A DNA stretch of 64,000 nt from assembly GCA_951406725.2 (NCBI GenBank), contig OX597837.1, forward strand, positions 21,824,001 through 21,888,000, given 5' to 3'. This DNA comes from Octopus vulgaris (lineage: Eukaryota). This document shows, one piece after another, positions 37,873 through 50,508 of this stretch. The first letter of the stretch is position 1, and every line of letters begins with the position of its first letter. The notes under the pieces were generated by a model. It ran no database searches and was not told where the DNA came from. It saw only the letters and a program-made list of their open reading frames with translations. A program made the translations under genes and the position numbers.

Positions 37873-39267
37873 TATGACAGAGAGAAAGAGAGCGAGGGAG
37901 GAAAGGAGGATTAAAAATTGACACTAGAGCTCACTTTCTGTCCTTCTACATCTCAGTAGCCTTTATGAGGGAGATTTGGTTACTATTTCTCAAAACAAGT
38001 GTTAAAATATCCTGTGATGTGGTGAATAATAGAACAATAGTCTATATAGGTTTGTGGGTGCTTGTTTCTTTAGTTTCTAAATACAAATCGAGGAGACAGA
38101 CAGACACACACACACACACACACATGCACGCACGCACACACAGACACTGAGCAGGCAATTGAAAATCTCTGTGTATCAAATTTCACTCACAAAGATATTG
38201 GTCAATTCAGTGATATATTATAAAACACGTGGCTAAGAGAGAGAGAGAGAGAGTGAGTGAGAGAGAGATAAAGGAAAGACTGAAGAGGGATGAAAAGAAA
38301 AAGTTTCACTCTACACAAACATACTGCTGCTATCACCATCACTGCTCCCCAGTCAGCTTGTTAAAAAGTATATATTAGTAACAGAGGCTGTATTGATATT
38401 GAGAGGTAATATTTATCCCCACTTAAACCTGAATGTTCTGTTAGAACAAACTATACTGTGGTGGATACCATGAGAGAAACTCTCGTACTGGCTTTTGGTG
38501 CAAACAGCACTATTGTTTATATCACTGGTGGGGTGATAAATCCCTACACACAGACCACCAGGTACTGTGATTTTGACCTTCTTTGGTCTCATCAATGATG
38601 GACGCTTGATCAGTAGAGAAAGAAGTGACTCATCTCCCCACCAGGGAGATATAGAATAACAGCACCAGAACAGTGAGATTGTGAAATTAGCCAGTGAGAT
38701 TGTTAAAAATATATATTAGTGAGAGAGGCAGTATTAATACTGAGAGAGCCTGGTGCAGGCATCTGGTTTGCCAGACCTCAGTCAAATCGTCCAACCCATG
38801 CTAGCATGGAAAGCAGACGTTAAACGATGACGATGACTTAAACATGGATGTTCTGTTAGAACAAACTATGGGTAGCATCCAAGTGGGAATAATTATTCAA
38901 CAGTGGGATTGAATCTAAAACCAGATGGCTGCAAGGCAAACTTGTCAACCACACAGCTAACCAATCACAGGTCTGCTTGAACAGGGCTGACCTTGGACTA
39001 AGCAACAACGTGGAGGAACTGTACTTAAAATAACCATAATATTGCACTGTATTATCTTCTAATGTGTTATGTAATACAATGAGTAATGCTATATGATATG
39101 AGGCTAAGAGGTTCAAAAGAGAGAGCTAAGGAGTATTTAATGGGAGGACGGAGATAGTTTGCAAATAAATATTAATATGAAAAGAAAAGATTACCACATT
39201 TATATCTGATAGCATGGGTTTGCGAAACCGTCGTAGATAACCCAAATGTATGTATGTATGTATGTAT

Positions 39268-39593
39268 GTGAAGGCACATGGCTTAGTGGTTAGAGTGTCA
39301 AGCTTACAATCGTGAGGTTTTGAGTTCAATTTCTGGACTGGGTTGTGTGTTGTGTTCTTGAGCAAGACACTTTATTTTACATAGTTGTTCCAGTTTATTC
39401 AGCTGTAGAAATGAGCTGTGCTAAACTGTATTGGCTTTTGCCTTTCTCTTGGACAACATTGGTAGTGTGGAGAGGAGAAACTAGTATGCATGGGTGATTG
39501 CTGGTCTTCCACAAACAACCTTGCCTAGACTTGAGCCTCAGAGGGGAACTTTCTAGGTCCAATTCCATGATCATTTATAACCAAAGGGGGTCT
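39268..39593 (+). mobile_element. SINE group C (tail 1)
   Basis: gtgaaggcacatggcttagtggttagagtg head. Confidence 0.85.
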
Positions 39594-39683
39594 TTACTCT
39601 TTTACCCTTTATGTATGTATGTATATATGTATGTACGTACATATGTACATACACATGTGTGTGTGTGTGTGTGTGTGTGTGTA

Positions 39684-40257
39684 TAGGGTGTCCATAAACT
39701 TTAAAAATTCAGGAAACAAAATACTGGGTAAGTCAGCAGTTGCATGTAACCAATGGAGCACATGTAGAAGTATTCTCGTGTTTATTCTTTATCCTTTACT
39801 TGTTTGTCATTAAACTGTGGCCATACTGGGGCACATCTTGAAGAAATTTAGTTGGAAGGATAAACCCCAGTATTTATTCATTTTTAAGTATGGTACTTAT
39901 TCCATCAGTCTCTTTTGCTAAACCATTAAGTTATGGGAACATAAACACACCAACACCATTGCACACAAACACCTCCTCCTCCTCCGCTAATGTTGGTTTT
40001 TTTCACTGGAATGGGCTGGACAGTTTGACCAGAGCTAGCAAGCTGGGAAGCTGCTCTAGGTTCCAATCTCATTTGGCTTGACTTCTACAGCTGGATGCCC
40101 TTCTTAATGCCAACCACTTTACAGTGCATATTGGGTGCTATTAACATGACACAGGCACACGTGCTTGCTCTGGTATGAGTGCTTATTATGTGGCACCAGC
40201 ACAATCATCATCATCATCATCATCATTTAGCATCTGTTTTCCATGCTGGCATGGGTC

Positions 40258-40313
<56 letters not shown>

Positions 40314-40344
40314 CCTTTTTTTCTGTGTTTTCTTGTTTGGATTA

Positions 40345-40383
<39 letters not shown>

Positions 40384-40594
40384 TACACTGTGGCAGTGCA
40401 GAATTATGCAGTTAGACTATCTATATATATATATTATGCAGAGGCAGTGCTATATTACACAGTTGTGCTAAGCAGTGTTGTGCATAAATCCAATCTTTTT
40501 ACCTGTTCAAATATGTTAAGGGGAATATTTGAACCTTTAAGAAAGCAATTCACTGTGTTTTGTCATGCATAAAATTTTTTGCTGTAGACATTAT

Positions 40595-40632
<38 letters not shown>

Positions 40633-40945
40633 AGGATTCACGAAAAAAAACAAAAGATGAAGACAGGTGGTGTAGAAAATAAACAGCTGTATTAGTATAA
40701 TGCTCAGGAATAGAAAAAGTCTTTAATGTTTTGAGCCTATGCTCTTCTACAGAAAGGAACACAAAAAGAAACAAGGAGAAAAAAAAAATGTGTGTAGTGG
40801 CTACTGATATATCATGATAAATGCTGGACAGAAAGGTCGCACAGGAGGGCTAAGAAGGGTCACACAGGAAGGCTAACAAAGTAGTAGTGATCCTAAAATG
40901 AAGGTGCGGTGTGTGTAAGAGAGTACATATGTGCGTGTGAAAGAG

Positions 40946-40988
<43 letters not shown>

Positions 40989-41173
40989 CACACACACACA
41001 CACACATGCAACAGGCTTCTTTCAGTTTCTATCAACCAAATTCACTAATAAGGCTTTTTTCAATCTGAGGTTATAATAGAAAACGCTTGCCCAACATGTC
41101 AAAAATTCTGCTGAGTTATCCTTATTTCCTGTCTACTCCTGAATTTTTCAAAATTTAAATTATAGACACCCTG
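39684..41173. mobile_element. Possible Tc1/mariner MITE ends enclosing nested repeats
   Basis: agggtgtccataaa..aaaaattcagga / tcctgaattttt..ttatagacaccctg. Confidence 0.5.
40628..40947 (-). mobile_element. Solo PLE terminal repeat with hammerhead-like motif (CUGUAGA)
   Basis: Homologous to 1842-2030 and 16313-16400; (TA)n on both sides. Confidence 0.85.
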
Positions 41174-41307
41174 TGTGAATGTATGTGTGTATTATATCTA
41201 TATTTGTGTGTAAATAAATTAAAAACTAATATATATACATGTGCATGTGAATAAACTGAAAATTTATATATATACCATCCGAATTTCTGAGTACCTCATT
41301 TCTTCTA

Positions 41308-41339
<32 letters not shown>

Positions 41340-42933
41340 AGGAAATTACTAATTAAAAAGTAGATAAAAAAAACCAATGGTGTGTCGAGGAGTGTATGTG
41401 CATATACAAATGAATAAATTGCAAATTAATGACTAATATCTTAATATAAACAATAAACATGACACTTTGAGAGTGAATGAAAAAAAGCAAACACAGACAG
41501 TCCCTCAGTGGAAATGTAATCATCTAAATCATATTTCTTAACTCATTGTTAAATAAATGTGTCAGTGGACTCTTATCAATTTCTATGAATCTACAACTGA
41601 GTATATCAGTTGACTGATTAGTGACAATACTTACTCATTGAGTTACTAGTGCAAGTGGCTGAGAATTCTATAGACGCTTGTATATACTTAATTTTTGAGC
41701 AATAATCAGCATCAAAGTGTTTTATGTAGCAAAACTACATTCTATGTTATAAAAGAGAAGCTGATCTCTGTGTTTCTGTCCATCACAAGATATATGTGAA
41801 GGAAGGAAGGAGAAAAGAAAAAGTTGTTGTTGTTGAGAAAGAAATACAGTGAGAGAGAGAGAAAGAGAGAGAAAGAGAGTGCATGTAAAAGATAGATAGA
41901 TAGATAGGTAGTGTTATTATCATTGCAACTAACATGTTTTGATTAAAACCACATGAATTTTAAGTGCAAGTCTGTCAACACAATGCAAAACGGACATATA
42001 GAATTGAAATTTGTTTCAAGAAAACAAGTTGTTGTTGAGAGAGAAATATAGTGAAATAAAGATCTAGTTTAATATATATCAGTCTTCATTTCTTGCTATC
42101 TCATGTTATTGTGATAAAATGAGCTTTAATGTGAGATAGTTGCCACTGTTGGACATACCTCATGTCAGTTTCATCAGCTATACATATCCATGCTGGCTTA
42201 GGGCATGCTGGAAGAAGGTATTAATTTTGGAGCTTTCCTTCTCCTACATTGATTGCTTTCACTGCAGCTAAAGAGCTCAATCTACCTTAACAAAGATCTA
42301 TTTAACCAATAGACAGGACCCTGACAGGTATTACCATTCCAAGTCAGAACAGACCTGAGAGTAATGGTAATTAAATGGTGACTCCATGTTCTCCCCAACT
42401 CTAGAACCCTCATGTCGGAGTTTCATCACTGGGTGCAGTTTAATGTCACATTGAAATTCTACTTTACTCATGGGATAATGTTTAAAAGAACTGTGTGGGC
42501 AAAAATGACAGTATTGAGGGCAAAATAATGCAGATGCAAGACATGGACTTTAGAAGCTGCAACAGAGGAAAACGCATTTTGGAGGGAGATGAGACCTTTT
42601 TGGTCCTCCTCAAATAAGACAAATTTTTAGTCCTAGTGGTAGGATAAAATGCTCCTAACCAATGCTGTGAGATACACAGCACCAAAGTTGGCTGGTTTTC
42701 TCTGTGGCCCTGTGTGCATGATGTTCTTGTCTGTGATGACTTGTCCAACTATGCCAGTGTAGAAAATTAAATAAAAATGATAACATGTAAAACTTGGAGA
42801 ATGTTTAGGGAAGTGGTCAGCTTCCAATAAATAGGATAAAACTACATCAGTATTAAGGTCTTCTCTTTTCTCTTCTTTGCCCATGGAATTCTTTGTGCTA
42901 TGGTATGTATATCATCATTATTTCTGGCAGAAT

Positions 42934-43095
42934 TAAGGCGGTGTCTGGCAGAATTGCTAGCATGCTGGACAAAATGCTGCTAAGGATTTTGTCTGTCATT
43001 ACATTCTGAGTTCAAATTCTGCTGAGGTCAACTTTGCCTTTCATCCTTTTGGAGTCGATAAAATAAGTACCAGTTGAATACTGGGGTAGATGTAA
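42934..43095 (+). mobile_element. SINE group B, 3'-truncated
   Basis: Head and gcctttcatcctttt core present. Confidence 0.8.
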
Positions 43096-43370
43096 AACTG
43101 TTGGCGATGAGGTGCCAGAGCATATCCTCAGTGCACAAGAAAGTAAATAGAAGAGAGTGTGGGGAAAGAAGATGAAGAAGGCTGGTAACTAAAGGCTACA
43201 AGAATGTATACAAAAAAGCTACAAGAATGTAAAGGCTACAAGAATGTGTGTGTGTGTGTGTGTGTGTATAAACACACACACAGAGTCACATGATCAACAA
43301 AATATCTCTGGTATCAGAGCAAGAATAATAGAACTATATCGTTTTTTCCTGTTCTTAATATTCTTTAGTG

Positions 43371-44089
43371 CAGTGGTTCTCAACCAGGATCATAAGGAAC
43401 CTGGGGGTCTATATAAGATTTTTTTGGGGTCCAATGCAAAATAGTAAACCGGGGATCCACAGCAGTATAGTAAGTGTCAATGAAAAAATGTTACTTTGGA
43501 TGTATTTGTTGCAAGGAACAGCTAGATTTCTTTCTGCCATTCTACACATTCAGATTACACAAGTTAATGTATGAAAAGCAAAATAGGAATTTTGAAAGAA
43601 GGAGCTATAAAATTTGTTTTTAAACATTTCATGGCTATGGGGATCCACTAGAATAGAATTGTAATCAAAGGGGTCCATCATCATCATCGTTTAACATCCG
43701 TTTTCCGTGCTAGCACGGGTTGAACGATTCGACCGGGGTCTGGGAAGCCAGGAGGCTGCACCAGGCTCCAGTCTGATCTGGCACTGTTTCTACAGCTGGA
43801 TGCCCTTCCTAACGCCAACCACTCCGTGAGTGTAGTGGGTGCTTTTTACGTGCCACCGGCACAGGTGCCAAGGGAATCTGGCAGCGGCCACGATCGGTCG
43901 GTGCTTTTTACGTGCCACCGGCACAGGTGCCAGGGGAATCTGGCAGCGGCCACAATCGGTTGGTGCTTTTTACGTGCCACTGGCATGGAAGCCAGTCAAG
44001 GCGGCGCAGCATCGGCCACATTCGGATGGTGCTTTTTACGTGCCACTGGCACAGAAGCCTTAGATGAAATAAATGGTTGAGAACCTCTG
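43371..44089. mobile_element. hAT (Charlie-like) MITE with nested RTE tail
   Basis: TIR cagtggttctcaacca / tggttgagaacctctg; 8-bp TSD ctttagtg / ctttagta. Confidence 0.88.
43677..44058 (-). mobile_element. Young RTE 3' UTR fragment with 4 pseudoknot-like units
   Basis: ggtgctttttacgtgccac x4 at ~60-nt spacing; (cat)n tail. Confidence 0.9.
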
Positions 44090-44734
44090 CTTTAGTATGC
44101 ACAATGTAAATTTCTAAGATATGTTGGTGCTCATCTGTGTGTATGTGTACATGCACGGTCATGTGTATGCATATGTGTATGTGGTTAGGCGTGCATGCGT
44201 GTAGGAAGAAGTCCTGATTATACCAGACCAATGAAAAGCGTAAGACAAATGAGTAATTGTATCAAATGGCGTGGGTTGACATTGTTTGTTTCAGTAGAGT
44301 CAACATGCCATGACAGGTTGGCTGAACAGATGGATGAATGGATGGATGGGTGTGTAGGTAGGAAGAGGGATAAGTTGGTGAGTGAATTGTTTGGCTGATG
44401 GGTGGGTAATATGCTTTCAATGTTTGGTCTACAATAATGACATAAGCAAACAGATTTATAATTTAAGAGATTATGTCTACACACACACACACACACACAC
44501 ACACAAAGGGGAGAAACAAAAGTAGGTAGAGAGTGTGAAAGAGAGAGAGGAAGTCAGTTATTGATACCTACATTCATACATGGAGTCTAAAGATTCTGCA
44601 CAGGGTCACTTGACCTATTAAAAATGAGAAGCGAAATTCCTCTCAAATTACATCCTCCTTAACAACAACAACAACAACAACAACAACAAAATAGGACACA
44701 TTAGATAACTGACTGATATATATACGTATTTGGG

Positions 44735-44894
44735 TGCAGGTGTAGCTGTGTAAAGAGAAGTTTGCTACCCAATCACAAGGTTCTTCGTTCAGTCTCACTG
44801 TGTGATCGCTTGGGTTAGTGACTGCTACTAAAATGTCAGGTCAACCAAAGCCTTGTGGGTGGATTTGGTAGATGAAAAGTAAAAGAAGCCCACA

Positions 44895-44976
<82 letters not shown>

Positions 44977-45190
44977 GTGTGTGTGTGTGCATACACCACC
45001 ACCGCTTGACAACCAGTGTTGGTGTTTTTACGTCCTCATAACTTAGTGGTTTGGCAAAACAGGACTGATAGAATAAATACCAGGCTTTTAAAAAAATAAG
45101 TACTGGGGTTGATTTGCTTGGCGAAAATTCTTCAATGCAGTGCCCCAGCATGGCCACAGTCTAATGACTGAAACAAGTAAAAGATAAAGA
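44735..45190 (+). mobile_element. SINE group A with expanded central (TA)n
   Basis: Head and tail flank (TA)~38. Confidence 0.85.
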
Positions 45191-45198
45191 TATATATA

Positions 45199-45362
45199 TA
45201 TTTCTTTATTGCCCACAAGGGGCTAAACATAGAGGGGACAAACAAGGACAGACAAACGGATTAAGTCAATTATATCGACACCAGTGCGAAACTGGTACTT
45301 TATTTATCGACCCCGAAAGGATGAAAGGCAAAGTCGACCTCGGCGGAATTTGAACTCAGAAT
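45199..45362 (-). mobile_element. SINE group B (young), 5'-truncated
   Basis: tttctttattgcccacaaggggctaaac...gaatttgaactcaga. Confidence 0.88.
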
Positions 45363-45862
45363 GACAAAAGGTGGAATTATGATAATTGGAATGCTAGCTG
45401 AATACAGAAAGCATCCACACCTGCCCCCTCTCTCAGACATATCAAATGACATGGCAAACACAGCCAAACACCCACTCACTCATAAAACCATACCCATATA
45501 TGCATAAATTCCCACCCACACATTCATACATCCACGCCCACATATGTATAAATCCTCACCTACAAACGCATGCATTTACACCCATGCATTGAACCATGCC
45601 CCACCTACAAACTTCAGTCCACACCCACAAATACATAGATTCCCACCCACACAGAGGTGAGCTGTAACTCAGATTTAAGTAGATGCAACTAACACACCGA
45701 CACACCATCAGCTGTATCAATCAACAATAGCAAGGTTAGCAAACAAGGGAGCCCCTTACCGAGATCACTTGATCTGCTAGGAATAGCAGGCAAAACAGTT
45801 TCAAAAAGAAAAGGAAATATACACTCAATAATGTAGTCTTAGAAATAACAACAACAACTTTA

Positions 45863-46417
45863 ACTCTAGCATTTGGACTACTCTATCAAATGTAATGCTT
45901 ATTTATTCATATTATTTTGAACCAGCAGAATTGCCTGTTTTTATATCTTGATTTTTTATTTTTCATGCAATTTACGCATGCTTGCATGCGTGGTGAACAC
46001 AGTTCACGTCAAACAGTTGACTGAGTAAAGTTCACTATTCAATGCATGGGATAAGGCCTAAACAAACACATTATCGATTTTTGCACTTGCGAGATGAATT
46101 TCGGAACAGAAATAGCACAGTTCAACTTTCATTTGCCTAAACTTTAAGTGACCCATTTTTGGTGGTTCTACGATTTGTTGGCTAGGAGGAGATGTGCTGG
46201 GAAGTTAAACACACAGACACACACACAGATACACAAGTTGAGTTTTATATATATAGATTAATCATGCATTATCTTGTAGCTTTGAGACCTCAATGGTGTG
46301 TTTGCTTAGTTTTAGAATGACATTGTGGGGTAGGTGTAAGAGGTTGAATCTAGTCAGTTTGAATATGAAACAGCTGGAATATTTGAGCCAGATATGGCCA
46401 GTTTAAACACTAAAAGG
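45863..46417. mobile_element. piggyBac-like MITE interrupted by a Helitron
   Basis: The halves rejoin as ...tttgaa|ttaatcatgcattatc, as in 17401-17619. Confidence 0.75.
45922..46257 (-). mobile_element. Non-autonomous Helitron, copy 2
   Basis: Closely similar to 28959-29285; inserted at A|T with no TSD. Confidence 0.82.
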
Positions 46418-46746
46418 TTAAAATGGTTTCCACCAACCAGACTTCACTCACAAGGCTTGAGTTAATGCAAGGTTAGGGCAAAAGTTATTTGTCCAAGATG
46501 TCCAGTATTAGGATAAAACCTGAGACCTCAGGACTGTGAAGTAAATTCCTTAACTATTTGGCCATATTGCATCCATGTAAACAACCAGCACCACCACGAT
46601 GTCATCATCATCATCGTTTTGTCTTTCTTTACTTGTTTCAGTCATTATGCTGTGGTCATGCTGGGGCACTGCCTTGAAGGGTTTAGTACTTATTCTTATG
46701 CTGGTGTGTTTATGTCTCCATAACTTAGCGGTTCATAAAAAAAGTT

Positions 46747-47143
46747 AGAGTGGCTGTGTGGTAAGTAGCTTGCTTATCAACCACATAGTTCTGGGTTCAG
46801 TCCCACTGCATGGCACCTTGGGTAAGTGTCTTCTACTATAGCTTTGGGCCAACCAAAGCCATGGAAGTGGATTTGGTAGACAGAAACTGAAAGAAGCCTG
46901 TCGTATATATGTATGTGTGTGTATATGTTTGTGTATCTGTGTTTGTCCCCCAACATCGCTTGACAACCGATGCTGGTGTGTTTATGTCCCCATAACTTAG
47001 CAGTTCATAAAAAAAAGACCGATAGAATAAGTACTAGGTTTACAAAGAATAAGTCCTGGGGTTGATTTGCTCGACTAAAGGCGGTGCTCCAGCATGGCCA
47101 CAGTCAGTCACATGACTGAAACAAGTAAAAGAGTAAAGAGTAA
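46747..47143 (+). mobile_element. SINE group A
   Basis: gagtggctgtgtggtaagtagc...aaacaagtaaaagagtaaag. Confidence 0.9.
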
Positions 47144-47305
47144 ACAAATGGATCAAAGTACTTTTTCTTTTTAAGGCCTGGTACAAATTTTCTCGGTCGC
47201 TTTTGCCAAATTGCTAAGTTATGGGGACATAAACAAACTAACACCAGTTGTCAAGTGGTGGCGGGCGACAAACAGAAACACCACTCCCACACATACATAC
47301 ATACA

Positions 47306-47520
47306 TGAGGGGGTGCTGAAAAGTTCCTGGCTTTAAGGGTATTGTGAAAGGCCTGGTTGGAGGCCCAACCTTCCGAGTTCTTTTGTAGGGCTCAGAAAAA
47401 CTGAACGACCACTGCAATAAGTGTGTGAATCTGAGAGGGTACATGTTGAATAAAATCATAATTAACTGATCCTCCTGTGTTTTCTTTTACCCAAAGCCAG
47501 TAACTTTTCTGCACCCCTTG
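47306..47520. mobile_element. mariner-type MITE, copy 2 (inside a minus-strand SINE A)
   Basis: tgagggggtgctgaaaagttcctggcttt ... aaagccagtaacttttctgcaccccttg. Confidence 0.85.
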
Positions 47521-47550
47521 TTTGTTTATAAGGACTTTCATACAGTTTCC

Positions 47551-47774
47551 TATTTCTTTATTGCCCATAAGGGACTAAAAATAGAGGGGACAAACAAGGA
47601 AAGACAAAGGGATTAAGTCGATTACATCGATCCCAGTGCGTCACTGGTACTTAATTTATCGACCCCGAAAGGATGAACGGCAAAGTCGACCTTGGCAGAA
47701 TTTGAACTCAGAACATAATGGCAGACGAAATACCACTAAGCATTTTGCCTAATGTGCTAACGTTTCCGCCAGCT
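47551..47774 (-). mobile_element. SINE group B (young) nested in SINE A
   Basis: Host ...cagtttcc | ccatctac... rejoins across it. Confidence 0.88.
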
Positions 47775-48059
47775 CCATCTACTAAATTCACTCTCAAGGT
47801 ATTGATTGATCTGAGGCCATTGTTGAAGACACTTGCCCAAGGTACCATGCAGTGGGATTGATCCTGAAACCATGTAGTTGCAAAGTGAGCTTCTTAACCA
47901 TTCATCCATGCTTGCTTTTCCAAACTGTCATGGTTGGATGGGTTTTCTGAGGTAACATGTAACAGCCAGATAACTTTCATGCCAATACTCTGATTAGTTG
48001 CATCTTATGACTCATAGAGACATGGCACACCTGGTCTTTTAAAGCCAGGATACACAATA

Positions 48060-48712
48060 AGTGCAGGTGTGGCTGTGGTAAGAAGCTTGCTTCCCAACCA
48101 TATGATCCTGGGTTCAGTCCCACTGCATGGCACCTTGGGTAAGTGTATTCTACAATAGCTTCAGACTGACTAAAGCCTTGTATATATGTGTGTATGTGTA
48201 TGTATATATATAATAATAAATAAATGCACCCTATTAAAGCCTAGCCAGGTTCATGGGCCCGGTTTCCTGGTTTCTATGGCGTATGCGCTCCCCAGCTGGA
48301 TGGGACGCCAGTCCATCGCAGCGTTACTCATTTTTACCAGCTGAGTGGACTGGAGCAACGTGAAATGAAGTGTTTTGCTCAAGAACACAATGCGTCGCCC
48401 AGTCCAGGAATCGAAACCACAATCTTATGATCATGGTGCTCACACCCTAACCACTAAGTCACGCACTTACACACACATATATATTTGTGTGTGTGTCTTT
48501 GTGTCTGTTTTTGCTTTCCATCAATGCTTGACAATCGGTGTTCATTTGTTTACGTCGCCATAACTTGGCAGTTTAGCAAAATGAGATTGACAGAACAAGT
48601 ACCAGGCTTAAAAAAAAAAAAAAAAAAAAAGTACTGGGGTTGATTTATTCAACAAAATGTTCATGAAGGCGGTGCTCCAGCATGGTTGCAGCCTAATGAC
48701 TGAAAGAGATAA
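48060..48712 (+). mobile_element. SINE group A with nested minus-strand SINE
   Basis: Head 48060-48180, tail 48480-48712. Confidence 0.75.
48224..48470 (-). mobile_element. SINE with group C head and V-domain-like tail
   Basis: Minus strand gtgcgtgacttagtggttaggg...ttcttgagcaaaacact...gctgcgatggactggcgtcccatccagc. Confidence 0.85.
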
Positions 48713-49626
48713 AAAAATTGTCTGGAGAAAAACAAAACAACAAAAAAAAAAAAAAGAAAAAAGATGAGGTGGCTATGGTTTGCCTGAGTGATCACAGAAA
48801 GTGCACATTGATCAGGACTGCCTAGGGTTAAACACCAACTATTATCCCCACCACCACCACCACCATCATTATAATACCTTCTACTTTCTCACACCACCAC
48901 CACCCCCTGCCGCTGCCACCACCATTCAATAACATGTGAACAATGTAGTGATTTGATTCTTTTCATAATGATATTAATCTAACATGTGACATTATTGAAG
49001 TCTCATGTTCCGCTCTGTTGGAACGGAACAATTCTTCAGTTCCACAGCTGAGTACATTTTCATTGTCCCTCAATCAAAACATTTGCAAATTTTGGGTTGT
49101 TCTGATTTGTTCTGGTGGATGTTTTTTCTTTTCTTTTTAATCTTTGTTTACCTTCAACAGTAGCAAATCAATCATAATAGATTATCAGATTACCACTGCC
49201 ACCATCACCACTACTGATGCTGCCACTATACAACCACCACCACCACCAACCACCACCACAGCTACATTTATTCTGTCCTAACTACATCATCGCCACCGCC
49301 GCCACCACCACCACCACCGTAGCAACAACTCCAACAACAATAACACAACTAGCCACACACCATCACCACCACAACAACAAACCTTAAAAAAGAAAATTAA
49401 TGTTAAAGGTGTAGTCAGGTTCACTGACCCTGCGGGGAAAGAAGGTCGGGGAAGTTATCCTCAACCTGGAGAGCTGACCCAAATGCTTACTAAAGAGTGG
49501 ATTCCACTAAAAGCACAAAAGGGCCAGTAGTGGTATTTAACTGGGCAATGGATTAGGACTGCCATCCAAGAACCATCTCTTTGGTGGGTTTCCACACAGT
49601 TTCTGTTCACCAAAATTTTGACTCAT

Positions 49627-49859
49627 GGTGCGGCGAGGTGGCAGAAGCGTTAGCATGCCGGGTGAAATGCATAGCAGTATTTCGTCTGCCGTTATGTTGT
49701 GAGTTCAAATTCCGCCGAGGTCGACTTTGCCTTTCATCCTTTCGGGGTCGATTAAATAAGTACCAGTTACGCACTGGAGTCGATATAATTGACTTAATAA
49801 CTATGTCTGTCCTTGTTTGTCCCCTCTGTGTTTAGCCCCTTGTGGGTAATAAAGAAATA
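49627..49859 (+). mobile_element. SINE group B (young)
   Basis: Full core and tail ...taataaagaaata. Confidence 0.9.
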
Positions 49860-50508
49860 GGTACTTTAGAAGTTATTTCGTCACAAGTTACAGAGTGACA
49901 ATGGACAAATTCATGTTTAAGTGCCAATACACGAAACTCTCTAACTTCTGCCGATGATACATATGCATATTATACATATATGTGTAAAAAAATCTCATCA
50001 TGCAATCAAACCAATGAAAGAGCCTCTACCTGGTCACTTGACACACTAAAAATAGCAGCCAATACCCAGTATTTTATAAGGTAAAATCCTAAATTATTAA
50101 TTGACACATTAATTATCTTGGAAAAGTTATTACAGGTGTAATAACTTGTCCTGTACTTTTCCAGATTTATAATCTTAAGAATATTACTTTGCATGCTCTC
50201 ATTTTTCCATGTAATCTACGATTTTTCCAGGCATTGCTGTTATAAGATAATTAATGTGTCAATTGATAATTAATAATTGGCTTTTCTTGAGAATGCACCA
50301 TTTCAGAGCCTTTCAGGGCTAAACACTAAATTTTGAAACCGGTACCAGGTTGACCAGCATTTACTTGTTCTGACCCATAACTGCATACACTTGCATTCCC
50401 ATAGTAGAAGATCTACAAGGCTCATTTAGTAAACAGCGGAAACAATAACTGGTCAATAAAAATTCATTAATAAATGTATCCCAATGCACTGTATCAAAAT
50501 TAGAAGGT

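Noticed and set aside
43840-44055. ~60-nt periodic repeats as a CRISPR array
   Set aside because: The spacers are homologous to each other, the array is part of the RTE 3' UTR, the context is eukaryotic and there are no cas genes.
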